Part shown: in pieces, positions 39,637 through 51,892 of the stretch
Numbering within the stretch: the first letter of the stretch is position 1
How the letters are laid out: every line of letters begins with the position of its first letter
Origin: Camelus dromedarius
Taxonomy: Eukaryota
Reading direction: 5' to 3'
Length of the DNA: 64,000 nucleotides
NCBI RefSeq assembly: GCF_036321535.1
Contig: NC_087437.1
Span: 10,294,001-10,358,000 of the forward strand
The notes under the pieces: generated by a model
The model's input: the letters and a program-made list of their open reading frames with translations, nothing else
What the model was told of the DNA's origin: nothing
The model's database searches: none
Translations under genes and position numbers: made by a program

Positions 39637-39935
39637 CTGCTGGATGCAAGACAAGATGGCCAGAATTCTTCTCCAGTATTTTCTGAGTTGTCTCTATCAT
39701 TGCTGGTTTTTATAAACTCTGGATTTATGTCTACATCATGGCATGTATCGCTTTGCTCCCTGATTATAATTTGCCACATACCTGTCTCACCCACCCTCCA
39801 TCATCTATTAAGGTACTTCTATGTGTGAGCTCTGGATGATGCCCTTGTCTTTGACTTTGCACCATTCAGTGGCTGTAGGTGATTAAGACAATATTAAATG
39901 AGAGCAAATAATCCTTCCTATATGCTCAGGGATAC

Positions 39936-40390
39936 TGTTGGGAACAATTCTTATTTAGCTTTCCCACTGTCCTTCCCACTTCCCTGAATCTCAGCTCTCC
40001 AATTTTCCTTTGGGAAGCCACCCTGCTCCAATCACAGGCTGTGGGCTTCAAACGTCCCAAACCATCTGCTCATAGGCAGACTCATGAGGGCTTCCATCAC
40101 CCCAGCCCCTGTGATCAGGGAGCTCCAAGGAGGCTCCAAGCCAGGGCCCCATCGACCACAGCACACTTGCGGGAGGGAGGGAGAGGAGGACGCTCTTCCC
40201 TCTATAGTTGCTAAGCTGGTAAAATGAGAGCCTAGAACTGCCAGGGCCTTCTCTGCTTCTTCCTAAGAAAATCCTGACTGAAAATGAAGCCAACCCAAAG
40301 TAGAATAGACCCTTGAGATGGAGGAAAATTCCAGAAGCCATTGCTTGAGCACTGGACTCATCCTATGCAGACCTGAATTCTCTCTCTAGG
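39936..40390 (+). mobile_element. MLT1J/K-like LTR
   Basis: gttgctaagctggtaaaatgagagcctagaactgcc...ctgaaaatgaagccaac...ttgagcactggactca. Confidence 0.6.
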
Positions 40391-42219
40391 CAAGGGGCAG
40401 CCATAGCAGTGTGGCCAGGACTTCTCCAGGACCCCCCAAAAGAAGGCCCTCCTGTGGTCAGAAGCAGTCCTGACCTGGGCGTTCATTCTCCTGGCTTTCC
40501 TCTGACTGACCTGTGACTGAGTTTCCTGAGAGCCCCATGTTGTGAGCGTCCTTTGGTTTTAACAAGGAGTAGCCACCCTTGACCAGTACCGCTGGCAACA
40601 TAATTGTCTCCCCAAGGCCTTTAGCCTCCTTCCCCAAAAACCCTTCTCCATATACTCTGCCTCAGTCAGATTAGGGGTGGTGTAATTTGGAAAGTTACCT
40701 AGACAGCACTTCTGTCAATGTGCTGGTACCGTGGTCTGGAAACCCCAGGTGAACAGGCATCCTGCCACTTAAATGCCCGGCAAATATCTCATGCATGAGG
40801 AATCACCCCCAAACTTACACACAGGGCATCTGTCATAGAGTCCTCTCAAGCCAGAGGCTGTATCAGCAGCTGGACCTATGGACCTACACCAAGTCTTCAG
40901 GGCCTACTAAGATTGTTTTAGGTTCAACTAAATATTCACACTCACAAGACTGACATGGGCCACATTTGGCACCCATCTACTAGGTTATAGGACAAAACCC
41001 AAAGCTTACCAAAAGGATGACTTTAGATGTCCTAGTTCTATGATAACCCTTGGAGCATTCTAAGAGCTCAGCAGCCAGGAGATGAGACCCATGTCAGGCA
41101 GGTACAGGACCCACCCTGTCTTATATCTGCTAACCGATAGGATCAGAGCTTCCGAGGTCTCTGCAAGACGCAAGCCCAGATCTAAGAGTCACAGCTCTCA
41201 GGGAAGCCCAGCACAGCTTCCCTGTCAAGTATTTATAGCTCCTTTATAGCCCTTCCAGGTCAGCTGCAAGGTGCCAGTCAAAGGTCATTTTTAGCACAAG
41301 CAATCCTGCCTAGGAACATAGTTTGCCCTCTGTCATTGTCAAGTTACCAGGGGAACTGAGCTAGAGAGTTAACCAAAGATCAAATTCTCATTCAAAAAAA
41401 GGGAAGAGTTTTGTTAATAATCTATCCACAAAGTTAACAGAGGTGGGAAATACCCTCGGAAAACGTAGAGTGATTCTTTAAGAGAACTATGGTACCCCAT
41501 AATTTAAACGGATACATTGGCAAAGAAGATGCAAGGAAAACAAAGGTAAGCACAGCCACTTCCCTCCTAGAAGAAGAGGATCATTTCAGTGACAGGACCA
41601 GAGTCCTCCAGGCGAGGGCACCACGCGTGCGCTGCTCCCCTGCCGAAGAACAGTCAGAGCTCTGTCTCTGACCGCTGGATTCGCTTGGCCAAAGTAAAAA
41701 AAAAAAAAAAAAAAAAAAATCCGATATTTTTATACATTTATCAGCGCTTCTTATAGAGGCTGAACTTGGGCCTAGAGAAGGTGTTTTTTTCGTTTGTTTG
41801 TTTGTTTTTTCTGAAAAATCATGAGAAGAGATGTAAGAAGGTCTCCACTTCTGGTATCTCTGCCAATTGGACCCAGACTGGCATGGCCAAGTCTGACCTG
41901 TACACAGACAGGGCAATAGCCAGGAATCCCTTATAGCCTTCCTGTAGTGTGTGGAGGGGGAGGGCATGTGTGTGCCCACGTGTATATATATAAACACATA
42001 TAAACAGTGAGAAGAGACCCACCAATGTGTCAACTTACCCGGTCTAGCAAGAAACCAAGAACAATGTATATTTAGCTTCCTTGGACACTTAGTGGCATTG
42101 AGAGCTGTCATTTAGTTATCAAACTGTGGCAACCTGGCAGAAAATCTGAGTTCCCTAGCATGTCATGTGGGTCATCATGTGAAGTGCTGTCTACACAGTA
42201 ACCACCTTTTAGCATTAAC

Positions 42220-42440
42220 TCCATAACCATCAAAAGCACAACCACATCATTATCAAAAGCCATAAATATTAGCTACATTGCTATAAATACCTCTAAGATC
42301 CACCATCACTGAGCCCTCAGTACCTAGAACCACAGGCCACTATTATCTAAAACCATAGTTAATACAACCCAGAGCCACAAAACTGACAATATCTGAAACT
42401 GCATCGTTACCGTCACCCAGAAACACGTGTCCAATAGCAT
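42220..42440. repeat. Degenerate ~22-24 bp tandem array (similar sequence resumes at 44645-44855)
   Basis: Consecutive units begin acctagaaccaca, atctaaaaccata, acccagagccaca, atctgaaactgca, acccagaaacacg. Confidence 0.5.
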
Positions 42441-42502
42441 ACAAATTAGTGATTGTCACAGTAATGCTGCCTAACAAACCAACTTGAAATTAAGTGGCTT
42501 TA

Positions 42503-44174
42503 CAATCTTGAGGAAAAAAGACCAAGGCTGGAGATATCACACTTCTTGATTTTAAATTACACTACAAAGCCATAGTAATAAAAGTAGTACGGTACTGGCA
42601 CACACAAAAAAATTAGACACATAGACCAATGGAACAGACCAGAATGCCCAGAATTAAATCCCAGCACATACATCCACTAATGTTTGACAAGGGAACCAAC
42701 AAGACCCAATAGAGGAAGGATAGTCTCTTCAACAAATTACCAGAAAAACTGGAGAAGCACATGCAAAGCAATGATATTGGACTCCAGTCTCACACCACTC
42801 ACAAAAACTACACCAAAATGGATCATAAGACCTACTACTCCCAGAAGAAAGCATAAGGAAGAAGCTCATTGGTATTGGTCTTGGCAATGATTTTAAGGTC
42901 CTGAAGCCCAAAGCACAAACAACAAAAACAAACATCAACAAATGAGATCACATCAAACTCAAAAGCTTCTGCACATTAAGAAAAACAACAAAATGAAACA
43001 GCAGCCTACAGAATGGGAGAAAAATTTTGCAATCCATATATCAGACAAAGAGTTAATACCAAAAATATATAAAGAACTAATACAGCTTAATGAAAAACTT
43101 ATTTTAAAATGGGCAGAAGAACTAAATTGACATTTCTTCAAAAAGGATATAAAAATGGCCAACAGGCACATGAAAATATGCTCCACATCACTAGTCATCA
43201 AGGAGACACGAATCAAAACCACAATGAGGTATCATTTCATTGTGAAGAAGACAAGAAACAACAGGCGCTGGCCAGGGCATGGTGGAAAGCAAACACTTAT
43301 ACACCATCAATGGAAATAAAAATTAGTCCAACCACTATGGAAAACAACATGGAGGTTTCTCAAAAAATTAAAAATAGACCTACCATACGATTTAGCAATT
43401 CCACTTCTGGGTATAAACCCAAAGGAAATGAAAACAGGATTTTGACGAGATATATACACACCCATGTTTATCACAGCATCAGTCACAATAGCCAAGATAT
43501 GGAAACAACCCTAATCCCCATCAATGGATGAATGGATAAAAAATATACACAATGGATTATTATTCACCATTGGGAAAGGAGGATATCCTGCCCTTTGCAA
43601 CAACATGAATAGAAATTAAGCATGTTACCCTAAGTAGGATGTAAATCAGAGAGAGAAACACAAATACAATTATAATATCACTTATATGTGAAACAAAAAA
43701 TGTCAAACCTGAAAAAAAAAAAAACAGAGTAAAATGGTGGTTACCAGGGAATAGGGGATTGGGGAATAAGAGGAATGGCATTTCAGGATACAAACTCTAA
43801 CAAGTAGCAAATAAGCCATAGAGATCTTTATTTTTTCCATTTTTTAAAATTGAAGTATAGTCAGTTTTACAATGTGTCGATTTCTGGTGTATGGCATAAT
43901 GTTTCAGTCATACATATACATGTATTCCTTTCCATATTCTTTTTCATTATAGGTTACTACCAGACACTGAATATAGTTCCCTGTGCTATACAGTATAAAC
44001 TTGTTTCTAATGCACGGTGTAATGAATATAGACAATAATATTGTACTATAATGATGTAATGGGGTAAATATTGTTTCAATGGCAATCATATGACAATATA
44101 TAAGCTATCAAAATAACATGCTGTACGACTTAATTTACAAAATGTAATATGTCCAATTTATCAAAATTTGAAAA
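42503..44174 (+). mobile_element. 5'-truncated L1 (ORF2 C-terminus plus 3'UTR) with TSD
   Basis: tactacaaagccatagtaat...tactggcac; QQPTEWEKNFAIHISDKELI peptide; TSD aaattaagtggcttta (42487-42502) / aacttcagtggcttta (44175-44190). Confidence 0.92.
43828..44005 (-). mobile_element. Younger L1 3' tip nested in the L1 3'UTR
   Basis: ttgaagtatagtcagttttacaatgtgtcgatttctggtg...gttccctgtgctatacagta; host reads gagatct|...|tctaatgcac. Confidence 0.85.
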
Positions 44175-45506
44175 AACTTCAGTGGCTTTAAGCAGCAATG
44201 ATTTATAATTGCTCACGATTCTACAGATTGAGCAGGGAGTTCTTTGGTCTGGCCCAGGTTCGGCTGATCTTAGCTAGACTTGTTCATTGGCTGCAATCAG
44301 TTGGTAGGTTAACTAGGAGCTGGCTGAGCTAGGATGCCCTCAGCTGGGATGACTCAGCTCTGCTACAATCTGTCGCTTGCCAGCAGGCCAGCCCAGGCTT
44401 GTTCAAGTGGAAGGAAAAGGGACTGTGTGAGCAGAAGTACACGAGTCCTCTTGAGATCTAGATGGAGAAACGACATGTCATCTTAGCTACCTTCTACTGC
44501 CCAAAGTAAGTCATAAGGTGAGCCCAGATTCAAACAGGGGGAAATAGACGCCACCTCCTGATGGCAGCTGTTGCAAAGTCCCACTGCCAAGGGTGCATGT
44601 TTAGGGATGCGTGGAGAATTAAGGCCATTTCTACGATCTGTCAATCAGTCAAACCACCGATACCTTGAAACATGGTACCATATGTTCTTGGAACTAAAAG
44701 GGACACCAACACCCATTAGTGACAAATATTCAACATCACAATTATGTCACCTTCACACGTCACCCAGAAACAATATACATCTTAACATGTACCTTTATCA
44801 ACTACCTAAGCCTGTGTACCACAACATTACAGATTAAAACACCTAAATCAAAGACTCCTTTCTCCTCTCTCCTCCTTGCTGTTTATCTATTTTATATATA
44901 GTAGTGTGTATCTTGCAAATAAGTCATGGCAGGCTTGGGGGCTCTGCTCCCCATTAGCTGTGACCTGTGAGAAGAAATCAGGAAGTTATTTCAATTATAC
45001 TTATTCTTCCCAACTCTCTAAGAAATACAAGAGCATTTTTTAAATGCCATATCCTGACAAAGTGATCCCTGAGAGTAATCAACAAAATATATGCAAGCAT
45101 TCACTTTTTTTGCTGTTATTTTAAAATATGTAAGCATGGTTTTTCGACCAGTCATTCCAACAAATAATGTGTCAACTCTCTTCCTGTGAAAGGATCAAAT
45201 ATACTTCTTTGGGGAATCTTCCATGAGTACATTTCCATAAAGTAAGTGTTTATTTTCTTGGTAAACAAATGTAATGCTTAGAAAAGGTTTCTTGGGAAGA
45301 TGGAGAAAATGAATAAGGTTGAGTAATTGCTGATCATTACTGGAGGAATCAGAAACTACTTTATAAAACCCAAACATAAGGTGAAATGTATTATATCTAG
45401 TGAAATAGAACTCTTGGCACAAACTCAAGCTTAATGAGTTTTAGGATGTGGTTTTAGCAGAGCCAGGAATTTTCTGGGAGAACTCACATGAACATGAGAG
45501 CTGTCC

Positions 45507-45962
45507 TTTTTTTCTTTTTTTTTTTTTTTTTGTACGTATATTTTTACTGAAGTGTAGTCAGTTTAGAACGTTGTGTCGATTTCTGGTGTACAGCATCATG
45601 TTTCAGTCGTACATATACGTACATATATTCGTTTTCATATTCTTTTCACCATAAGTTACTATAAGATATTGAATATAGTTCCCTGTGCTCTACAGAATGA
45701 ACTTGTTGTTTATCTATTTAATACACATATCTTGATCTCCCAATTTATCCCTTCCCACCCTCTTCTCCCTCTGGTAACCATAAGTTTGTTTTCTATGTCT
45801 GTGAATCTCTTTCTGTTTTGTAAATTAATTCGTTTGCCTTTCTTTCTTTTTTTTTTTTTTTTAGATTAGCATTTAAGTGATATCATAGGGTATTTTTCTT
45901 TCTCTTTCTGGCTCACTTCACTTAGAATGACAATGTCCAGGTCCATCCATGTTGCTGCAAAA
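45507..45962 (-). mobile_element. L1 3' end
   Basis: polyT, then actgaagtgtagtcagtttag...cttcacttagaatgacaatgtccaggtccatccatgttgctgcaaa. Confidence 0.9.
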
Positions 45963-46440
45963 GGGGCCGCTTGCCCTGACTCTAAGGTAGGCTCCAGGAA
46001 AGAGGAGGCACCAGGGCCTTCTCGCAGGCCTGTGTGCAGAAGGACAACAGCTCCAAACAAGCCAGATGTCCTCCGCATCTGCCAGATGGGGTCACTGAGA
46101 GCCATTTCTATCAGCACCTCTCATGTGCTGGTGACGCTGCCAGAGGTGAGTACCACTGATGGGGCCCGAGACACCGTTTTCTCAGAAACAAGCTCACGTC
46201 CTCACAGGTCAAATAGTACCAATAGCAGTGGACGATGTCAGTATATTCTGCTTAATTTTAGTTTTGTTTGTCCAGCAATGCTCTTAGTGAACTGTCCTGG
46301 GGGGTCCCTTCAGATTTCATTGTGTGATATTGGCTGCCTCTTCTTGGGGGCAGTAGCGAACAGCATGCGTGTAGCCGGGGAATCAGCAAGTGGCCCTTGA
46401 AACCATGAATGAAGGGCATTTGAGGTACAAGACAATATTT

Positions 46441-46688
46441 ATATATTTTTTAATGAAGCATAATCTGTTTACAATGTTGTGTTAATTTCTGGTGTACAGC
46501 ATAGTGATTCAGTTTTATATATATATATATATATATTCCTTTTCATATTCTTTTTCATTATAGGCTGTTACAAGGTATTGGATATAATTCCCTGTGCTCT
46601 ACAGTAGGACCTTGTTGTTTATCTATTTTATATACAGTAGTGTGTATCTGCAAATCCTAAACTCCCAATTTATCCCTCCACCCCCCAG
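46441..46688 (-). mobile_element. L1 3' tip
   Basis: tttacaatgttgtgttaatttctggtgtacagcatagtgattcag...actcccaatttatccctcc; possible TSD agacaatattt / agactaatttt. Confidence 0.88.
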
Positions 46689-46777
46689 GAGACTAATTTT
46701 TTTTAAACTGTCTCCATAGATGTTATTTCAGGGCCACACTGGCCCAGCCACGTTCTCTAAGTTCCAATTATAAAACC

Positions 46778-47385
46778 TCATTCATTCAACAAACATTTGT
46801 TGCACACTTACTTTGTGCCAGGAATTGTGACAGTCTTCGTGGATAAAAGAGACACCATTCCTGCTCTAATATACACTCACAACTAGAAGCCAGGTAATAG
46901 ATGAGGGCTCGTAAATGACCAGCTTGTGAATCACAGCTTGTGATAAATGCTAAGGAGGAATGAACAGAGAATGGGGCTGGGAAATGGGGGTGGGGGGCAG
47001 GGCAGCCTACTCTTAGTAAGTGTCAGGAAACAAGGCTCTAGAAGGTGACTCTGAAGCTGAGTTCCAAACGATGAGGAGAAGGCAGGCGTGCCAAGACCGG
47101 AAATAACAGAGGAAATCAGAAGTCCCTAAGGCAGAAAATGAGCCATTCGAGAACCTGTCAGAAGATACATGCGGCTCCAGCAGCAGGCCCAGGGGAGAGA
47201 AGCATGAGATGGAATCAGAAAGGGGCGTGGGAACCAAACAAAACAGGGCCTAGCCAAGGTCAAGATCATGGAGTTAATTCTCAAAGTGAAAAGAAGCCAC
47301 AGGAAAGCTTTAATTCGAGTGGCAAGATCTTGTCTGCATTTTTTAAAGAGCCATCTGGTTGCTCGGTGAAGAATAGATTATGCCT
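46778..47385 (-). mobile_element. L2 3' portion
   Basis: tcattcattcaacaaacatttgttgcacacttactttgtgccagg...gaagccacaggaaagcttt...gcatttttaaagagccatctgg. Confidence 0.8.
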
Positions 47386-47754
47386 ATGTGATCATAGTTA
47401 TTTAAATATCCTGACACAAACCAGCATATCAAAAGAAACACCCCCAGAGTGATACTAATTTGGGCAAAGGGCCAACAAATCACCTCACCTCCATTTAAGA
47501 GTAAATATCGTCTTAACGCATTACCAGAAGCAGCGCAAGCCACACTTAATAGCGTGTGTTAATTTCCAGTTTGAAGCTTGGGCTCCTCCTGGTGGCCGAT
47601 GACTGTGAGCTCCTTGGTGGTGTCAGTCTCACACAGTGACCGGCGACCAGCAATCTTTTTTTTTTTTTTTCCAAACCTACCTTGGTTAATAAAATGCACA
47701 AAGCCTCAAATGTAGGTTTGATATCTAATCAGTGCATTTGGAAAAATAAGTTTA

Positions 47755-47977
47755 TCCAGATATACACTACTATATGTAAAACAGATAAACAAAAAGACCT
47801 ACTGTAGAAGCACAGGGAACTATATGAAATAAATTGTAATCACCTGTAACAGAAAAGAATCTGAAAAAAAGAATATATACGTATTAGAAAAAGAAACATA
47901 TATATATATACCTAAATCACTTTGCTGTACATCCAAAACTAACACAACATTATAAATCAATTGCACTTCAATTTAAA
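47755..47977 (+). mobile_element. L1 3' tip with perfect TSD
   Basis: cacagggaactatatg...cactttgctgtaca; TSD aaaaataagttta at 47742-47754 and 47978-47990. Confidence 0.9.
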
Positions 47978-48008
47978 AAAAATAAGTTTACAATTCACTA
48001 TTACAAAT

Positions 48009-48015
<7 letters not shown>

Positions 48016-48056
<41 letters not shown>
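48016..48056. repeat. Compound (TA)n(CA)n microsatellite
   Basis: Directly visible. Confidence 0.95.
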
Positions 48057-48633
48057 TGCATAGTACATGGTATCATATGGTTACATTCCCACTGAACCCT
48101 ACTGTTTGCTAAAACATTTTTGCCAACATCTGGTACAAATTAGAGTATGAAATAAAGTATTTGCCTCCCCTCAAAAATGATTTCATCAAATAAGGAATGT
48201 CTTTAACAAATCTGAAACAACACAACAAAAGGAAAAAATCTTAACAGTTCACCCTCAGACTAAAAAAAATGAAGTGAGGCATATTTATCTGCTGTGGAAG
48301 ATGTGGATTCAAAGTAACCATCCTCTCCATTCATCACCACACACAGCTGATGACTGACAACTTGAATTAGAGAGAGTCCCAACCAGTTGAGCATTAGGGA
48401 CTTTTGAACTGTTGTATCCCTTACTTACTAAGAATTACAGCTTTGGAAAATTGTTCTCAGAGGCACATTTGTTTCCAAAAGTCTCATTTTCAATCCATTT
48501 TGATGTGTAGAAAGCTTTCATGGCATGAGACACCACTTGCAGATGCAAGCCAGAGGGAGGAGGGCAACCGGCTCGGCCCCGGAGAGCTGGGATGCTTCAA
48601 CCCCGAGAATGGAGTTAAACCGTTACCACTTTA

Positions 48634-49361
48634 TTTCACCTCGCACAGGTCAGAACGGCCATCATTAAAAGTCCACAAACAACAAATGCTGGAGAGAGTG
48701 TGGAGAAAAGGGAACCCTCCTACACTGCTGATGGGAATGTAAATTGTTGCAGCCACCATGGAGAACACTATGGAGGTTCCTTAAAAAACTAAAAACAGAC
48801 TTACAATATGATGCAGCAATCCCACTTCTGGGCATATATCTGGAGGAAACTCTCATTTAAAGATCCTTGCACCCCAAGGTTCATAGCAACACTACAATAG
48901 CCAAGACATGGAAGCAAACTAACTGTTCATTGACAGATGACTGGATAAAGAAGTGTGGTGTATATATATGTATATATAGACAATGGAATACCACTCAGCC
49001 ATAAAAAAGAATGAAATAATGCCATTTGTAGCAACTAGGATGGATGTAGAGATAATCATACTAAGTAAAGTAAGTCAGATGGAGAAAGACAAAATACATA
49101 GAAAATAAACTTATGGTTACCGAGCAGGATGGGGTGGGGGGAATAAATTAGGATTTGGGGATTAGCAGATACAAACTACTATATATAAAATAGATAAACA
49201 ACAAGGACCTATTGTATAGCACAGGGAATTCTATTCAATATCTTGTAATAAGCTACAATGAAAAAGAACATATACATGTATAACTGAATCACTTTGCTGT
49301 ACGCCAGAAACTAATACAACATTATAAATCAAATAAACTTCAATGTAAAAGAAAATTTGAA
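48634..49361 (+). mobile_element. L1 ORF2 C-terminus plus 3'UTR with 18-bp TSD
   Basis: aaatgctggagagagtgtggagaaaagggaaccctcctacactg; TSD taaacc(g/t)ttaccacttta at 48616-48633 and 49362-49379. Confidence 0.93.
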
Positions 49362-50564
49362 TAAACCTTTACCACTTTAATTCTCTATATCTCTTTTCTT
49401 AGCTCTACTTATTATTCCTAATGTATTTCCAGTGTGTCTAGAATTTCCAAGTAGAGGCACTTGGGTGCATAATGAAAAATGCCATGAACTCTGTCAGGCT
49501 GTTAGCTAACAGGTAATCATGGTAATATCACGTGCCCTTGCACAGGTAGGAATATCGTATGGATCTTGTCTGAAGCCTAAAAATGTCCTCAAAGCATGAG
49601 TGACAGTCAGTGACTATTCAAGGCGGGAAGTCATGTTAAACTTCCACTAATGTCACACTCCTTACACATGGCTGACACAGCCCATTGGACCCCCCGGGGT
49701 TGATTCTCGTAGAAAAATTGTACTTAATCACAAAGACCTGCTCTGAAATAGCAATGAGGCAGAAAACTGCTATGGAATTCTGTTCCTGATCACAGCTCAG
49801 GAGGGTGGGAATAACCTAAAGAAATTTATGAGTGTCTGCAGTTTCTTGCAAAAAAGTAACTGTAACATTGGGAATGTGGATTATTATTTCATGATGCATT
49901 GTTGCTTTATGATGTATGAAATGTGGAACATTTCAGTCATTTTGCTGTTTCTGTCAAAAGAGTAATAGTTCCCTAAAAACTGGGAATCAATTTTGTGTGG
50001 AGTTGGTTTACATAACGAATTCATAAAATGCAAAAACATTTGCAACAAAAATTAAATAAAACCAAGGAACACAGAAATACTCAGGAGTTAACATGAACGT
50101 GTTGTCTCTGAAAAGCATGATAATTTAAACTTATTGAAAATATGAAATTAAGACACAAAGAACTGCAGATTACTTGACTAGAAACACCATAGTCTTTTCT
50201 GTAGATTTAATATAAGACATTGTGAGAGAAAAATGCTGTCTGTCCTCTGGGATCCCCAGGACCAGGAATGCCTGTAGTTAGTTCCGTCTGCCTCTGAACT
50301 GTGCTGCATAGAGGAAGACATCTGTAGCAGAGTGGAAAAGAGAGAGAAGTGAATGAAAGAGAACAATTTTGATTCTCTGTGGTCCTCTCCATCCTTGTAT
50401 CCTTATATTTATGGGGAAAAAAACATTGCACTAGCTTGAACTGAGTTCTTATCATTTACACCGGAAGCATCCTGACTGATCCCCTAAACTATGCTGGGAT
50501 CATGCTTGCAGCAGTCCACATGAGACTACAGTTTCTTCTCCCTTTTGAATTTTGATATCCCTTT

Positions 50565-51460
50565 GCACATCATTATCAGCAGTGACAAGTAATTCCCAGT
50601 CTCAATGGCTTAAAACATGTAAGTTAATTTCTTGCACATCTTTCACATCTAGTAGGGATCAGCAGGGGGTTCTAATACACACAGCTGCTCAGGTATCTGG
50701 GCTGATCGAGGCTCTACCATATTGTGGTTTATTTTTTGATCTTCTCAGAAATTTAGTAGATGTCTTTCTGTTGAATTCCCCAAAATGTCATGGACCCACA
50801 ACTTCACCCATAGTTCTTTGTCAAGCATATTTTCAGAAAACAGTCCCTTTTCCAGCCTTTTCCCTTGGAACTAATGTCATTAGAATATGATCTGCTGCTT
50901 CTCTGGATCTAGAAGATGACAATATTGTCAAACACTTTGCCACTACGTAAGAGGGACTGCCATTCTCCTGGACACTAAGATCATTATCTTTATTGCCTTT
51001 TGGCCATTCATTAACCGAATACTAAATATTGTGTGTTTTTATTATGATAGCACCCTACTTCCTGTAAGACCCATGTTATTTACAATAGCTGCATAACAAG
51101 CCATCCAAATCCTTGGTGGCTTGACATGGTAAAAGTTTACATCTCACATATGCTACCTATCTAGTTCACAGTAGCCAGGGCTCTGCTCCACACAGTCACT
51201 CAGGGACCCAGGCTGGCATCTCTACCATCTTGGAGCTATGTCAACCTGTAATATGCTGCCTTCTCAGTTGCCCCTGCAGGGGAAGGAAGAGATTAGCAAA
51301 TTACTCATCAATGTTTCAACACCTCATTTCGGAAGTAACACACAGTACGTTCACATTTTTTTGTCCAGAACTAGTCACATGACCCATCTAACTGAATTAG
51401 TGGTTGAGAAATGTGTGAGAGCAGTTAGAATGTTTGGTGAGTACCAGTCTCTCTGCCTTG
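50565..51460 (-). mobile_element. MaLR relic: partial LTR, internal fragment, LTR (MLT1J-like)
   Basis: LTR-like gtgacaagtaattcccagtctcaatggcttaaaaca; internal-like ttattatgatagcaccctacttcctg; LTR gctgcataacaagccatcc...cagaactagtcacatgaccc. Confidence 0.6.
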
Positions 51461-51469
51461 GTATCCCAT

Positions 51470-51610
51470 TTAATGCTTACTAAAATTCTCTGATGTAGGT
51501 CGTATTATCCCCACTCGACAGATGAAGAAACTGAGACTTAAAGAAGTTGGACAAATTATCCAAGGACACAGCTAGTAACCAGAAGATGCAGGACTGAGAT
51601 CCCAAAATGA
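51470..51610 (-). mobile_element. MIR SINE
   Basis: attatccccactcgacagatgaagaaactgagactt...ccaaggacacagctagtaa. Confidence 0.8.
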
Positions 51611-51892
51611 TGGGACTAGGCAGAGGAACTGCAACCAGGGTATACTATCTACACTGTTTAGGTACATCTGAATTTATCCATTTATCAAAAATTCATTGAT
51701 TCACCACACAAAAGTCCAAACTTCGCCGCCACAGTGTGATTTCGCACCACTTACAACTTCAGTCCCACAGAGCTTATTACAGCAAGAATAAGAAGACACC
51801 ACTGAACCTCAGTTTCCTTACCTGAGATTAAAGAAAGTGGACCAGCAGTACCCCCTGCCCAATCACCTCGATACCTGTGGTTCAGTTCTAAA

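Larger units (their letters stand above)
42445..44645 (-). mobile_element. MLT1H-like LTR split by an L1
   Basis: aatgctgcctaacaaacc...agtggcttta resumes after the L1 with agcagcaatgatttataattgctcacgattct...gcccagattcaa. Confidence 0.8.

Noticed and set aside
41581..42111. Longest ORF (176 aa, minus strand)
   Set aside because: It crosses a polyA run (poly-Phe) and simple repeats, has no recognisable domain and a non-ATG start; a chance ORF.
42300..42440. CRISPR-like repeat-spacer array
   Set aside because: Mammalian context; units are degenerate and contiguous, with no conserved repeat and unique spacers, and there are no cas genes.
45927..46400. 157-aa ORF
   Set aside because: It starts inside an antisense L1 and has no recognisable protein similarity.
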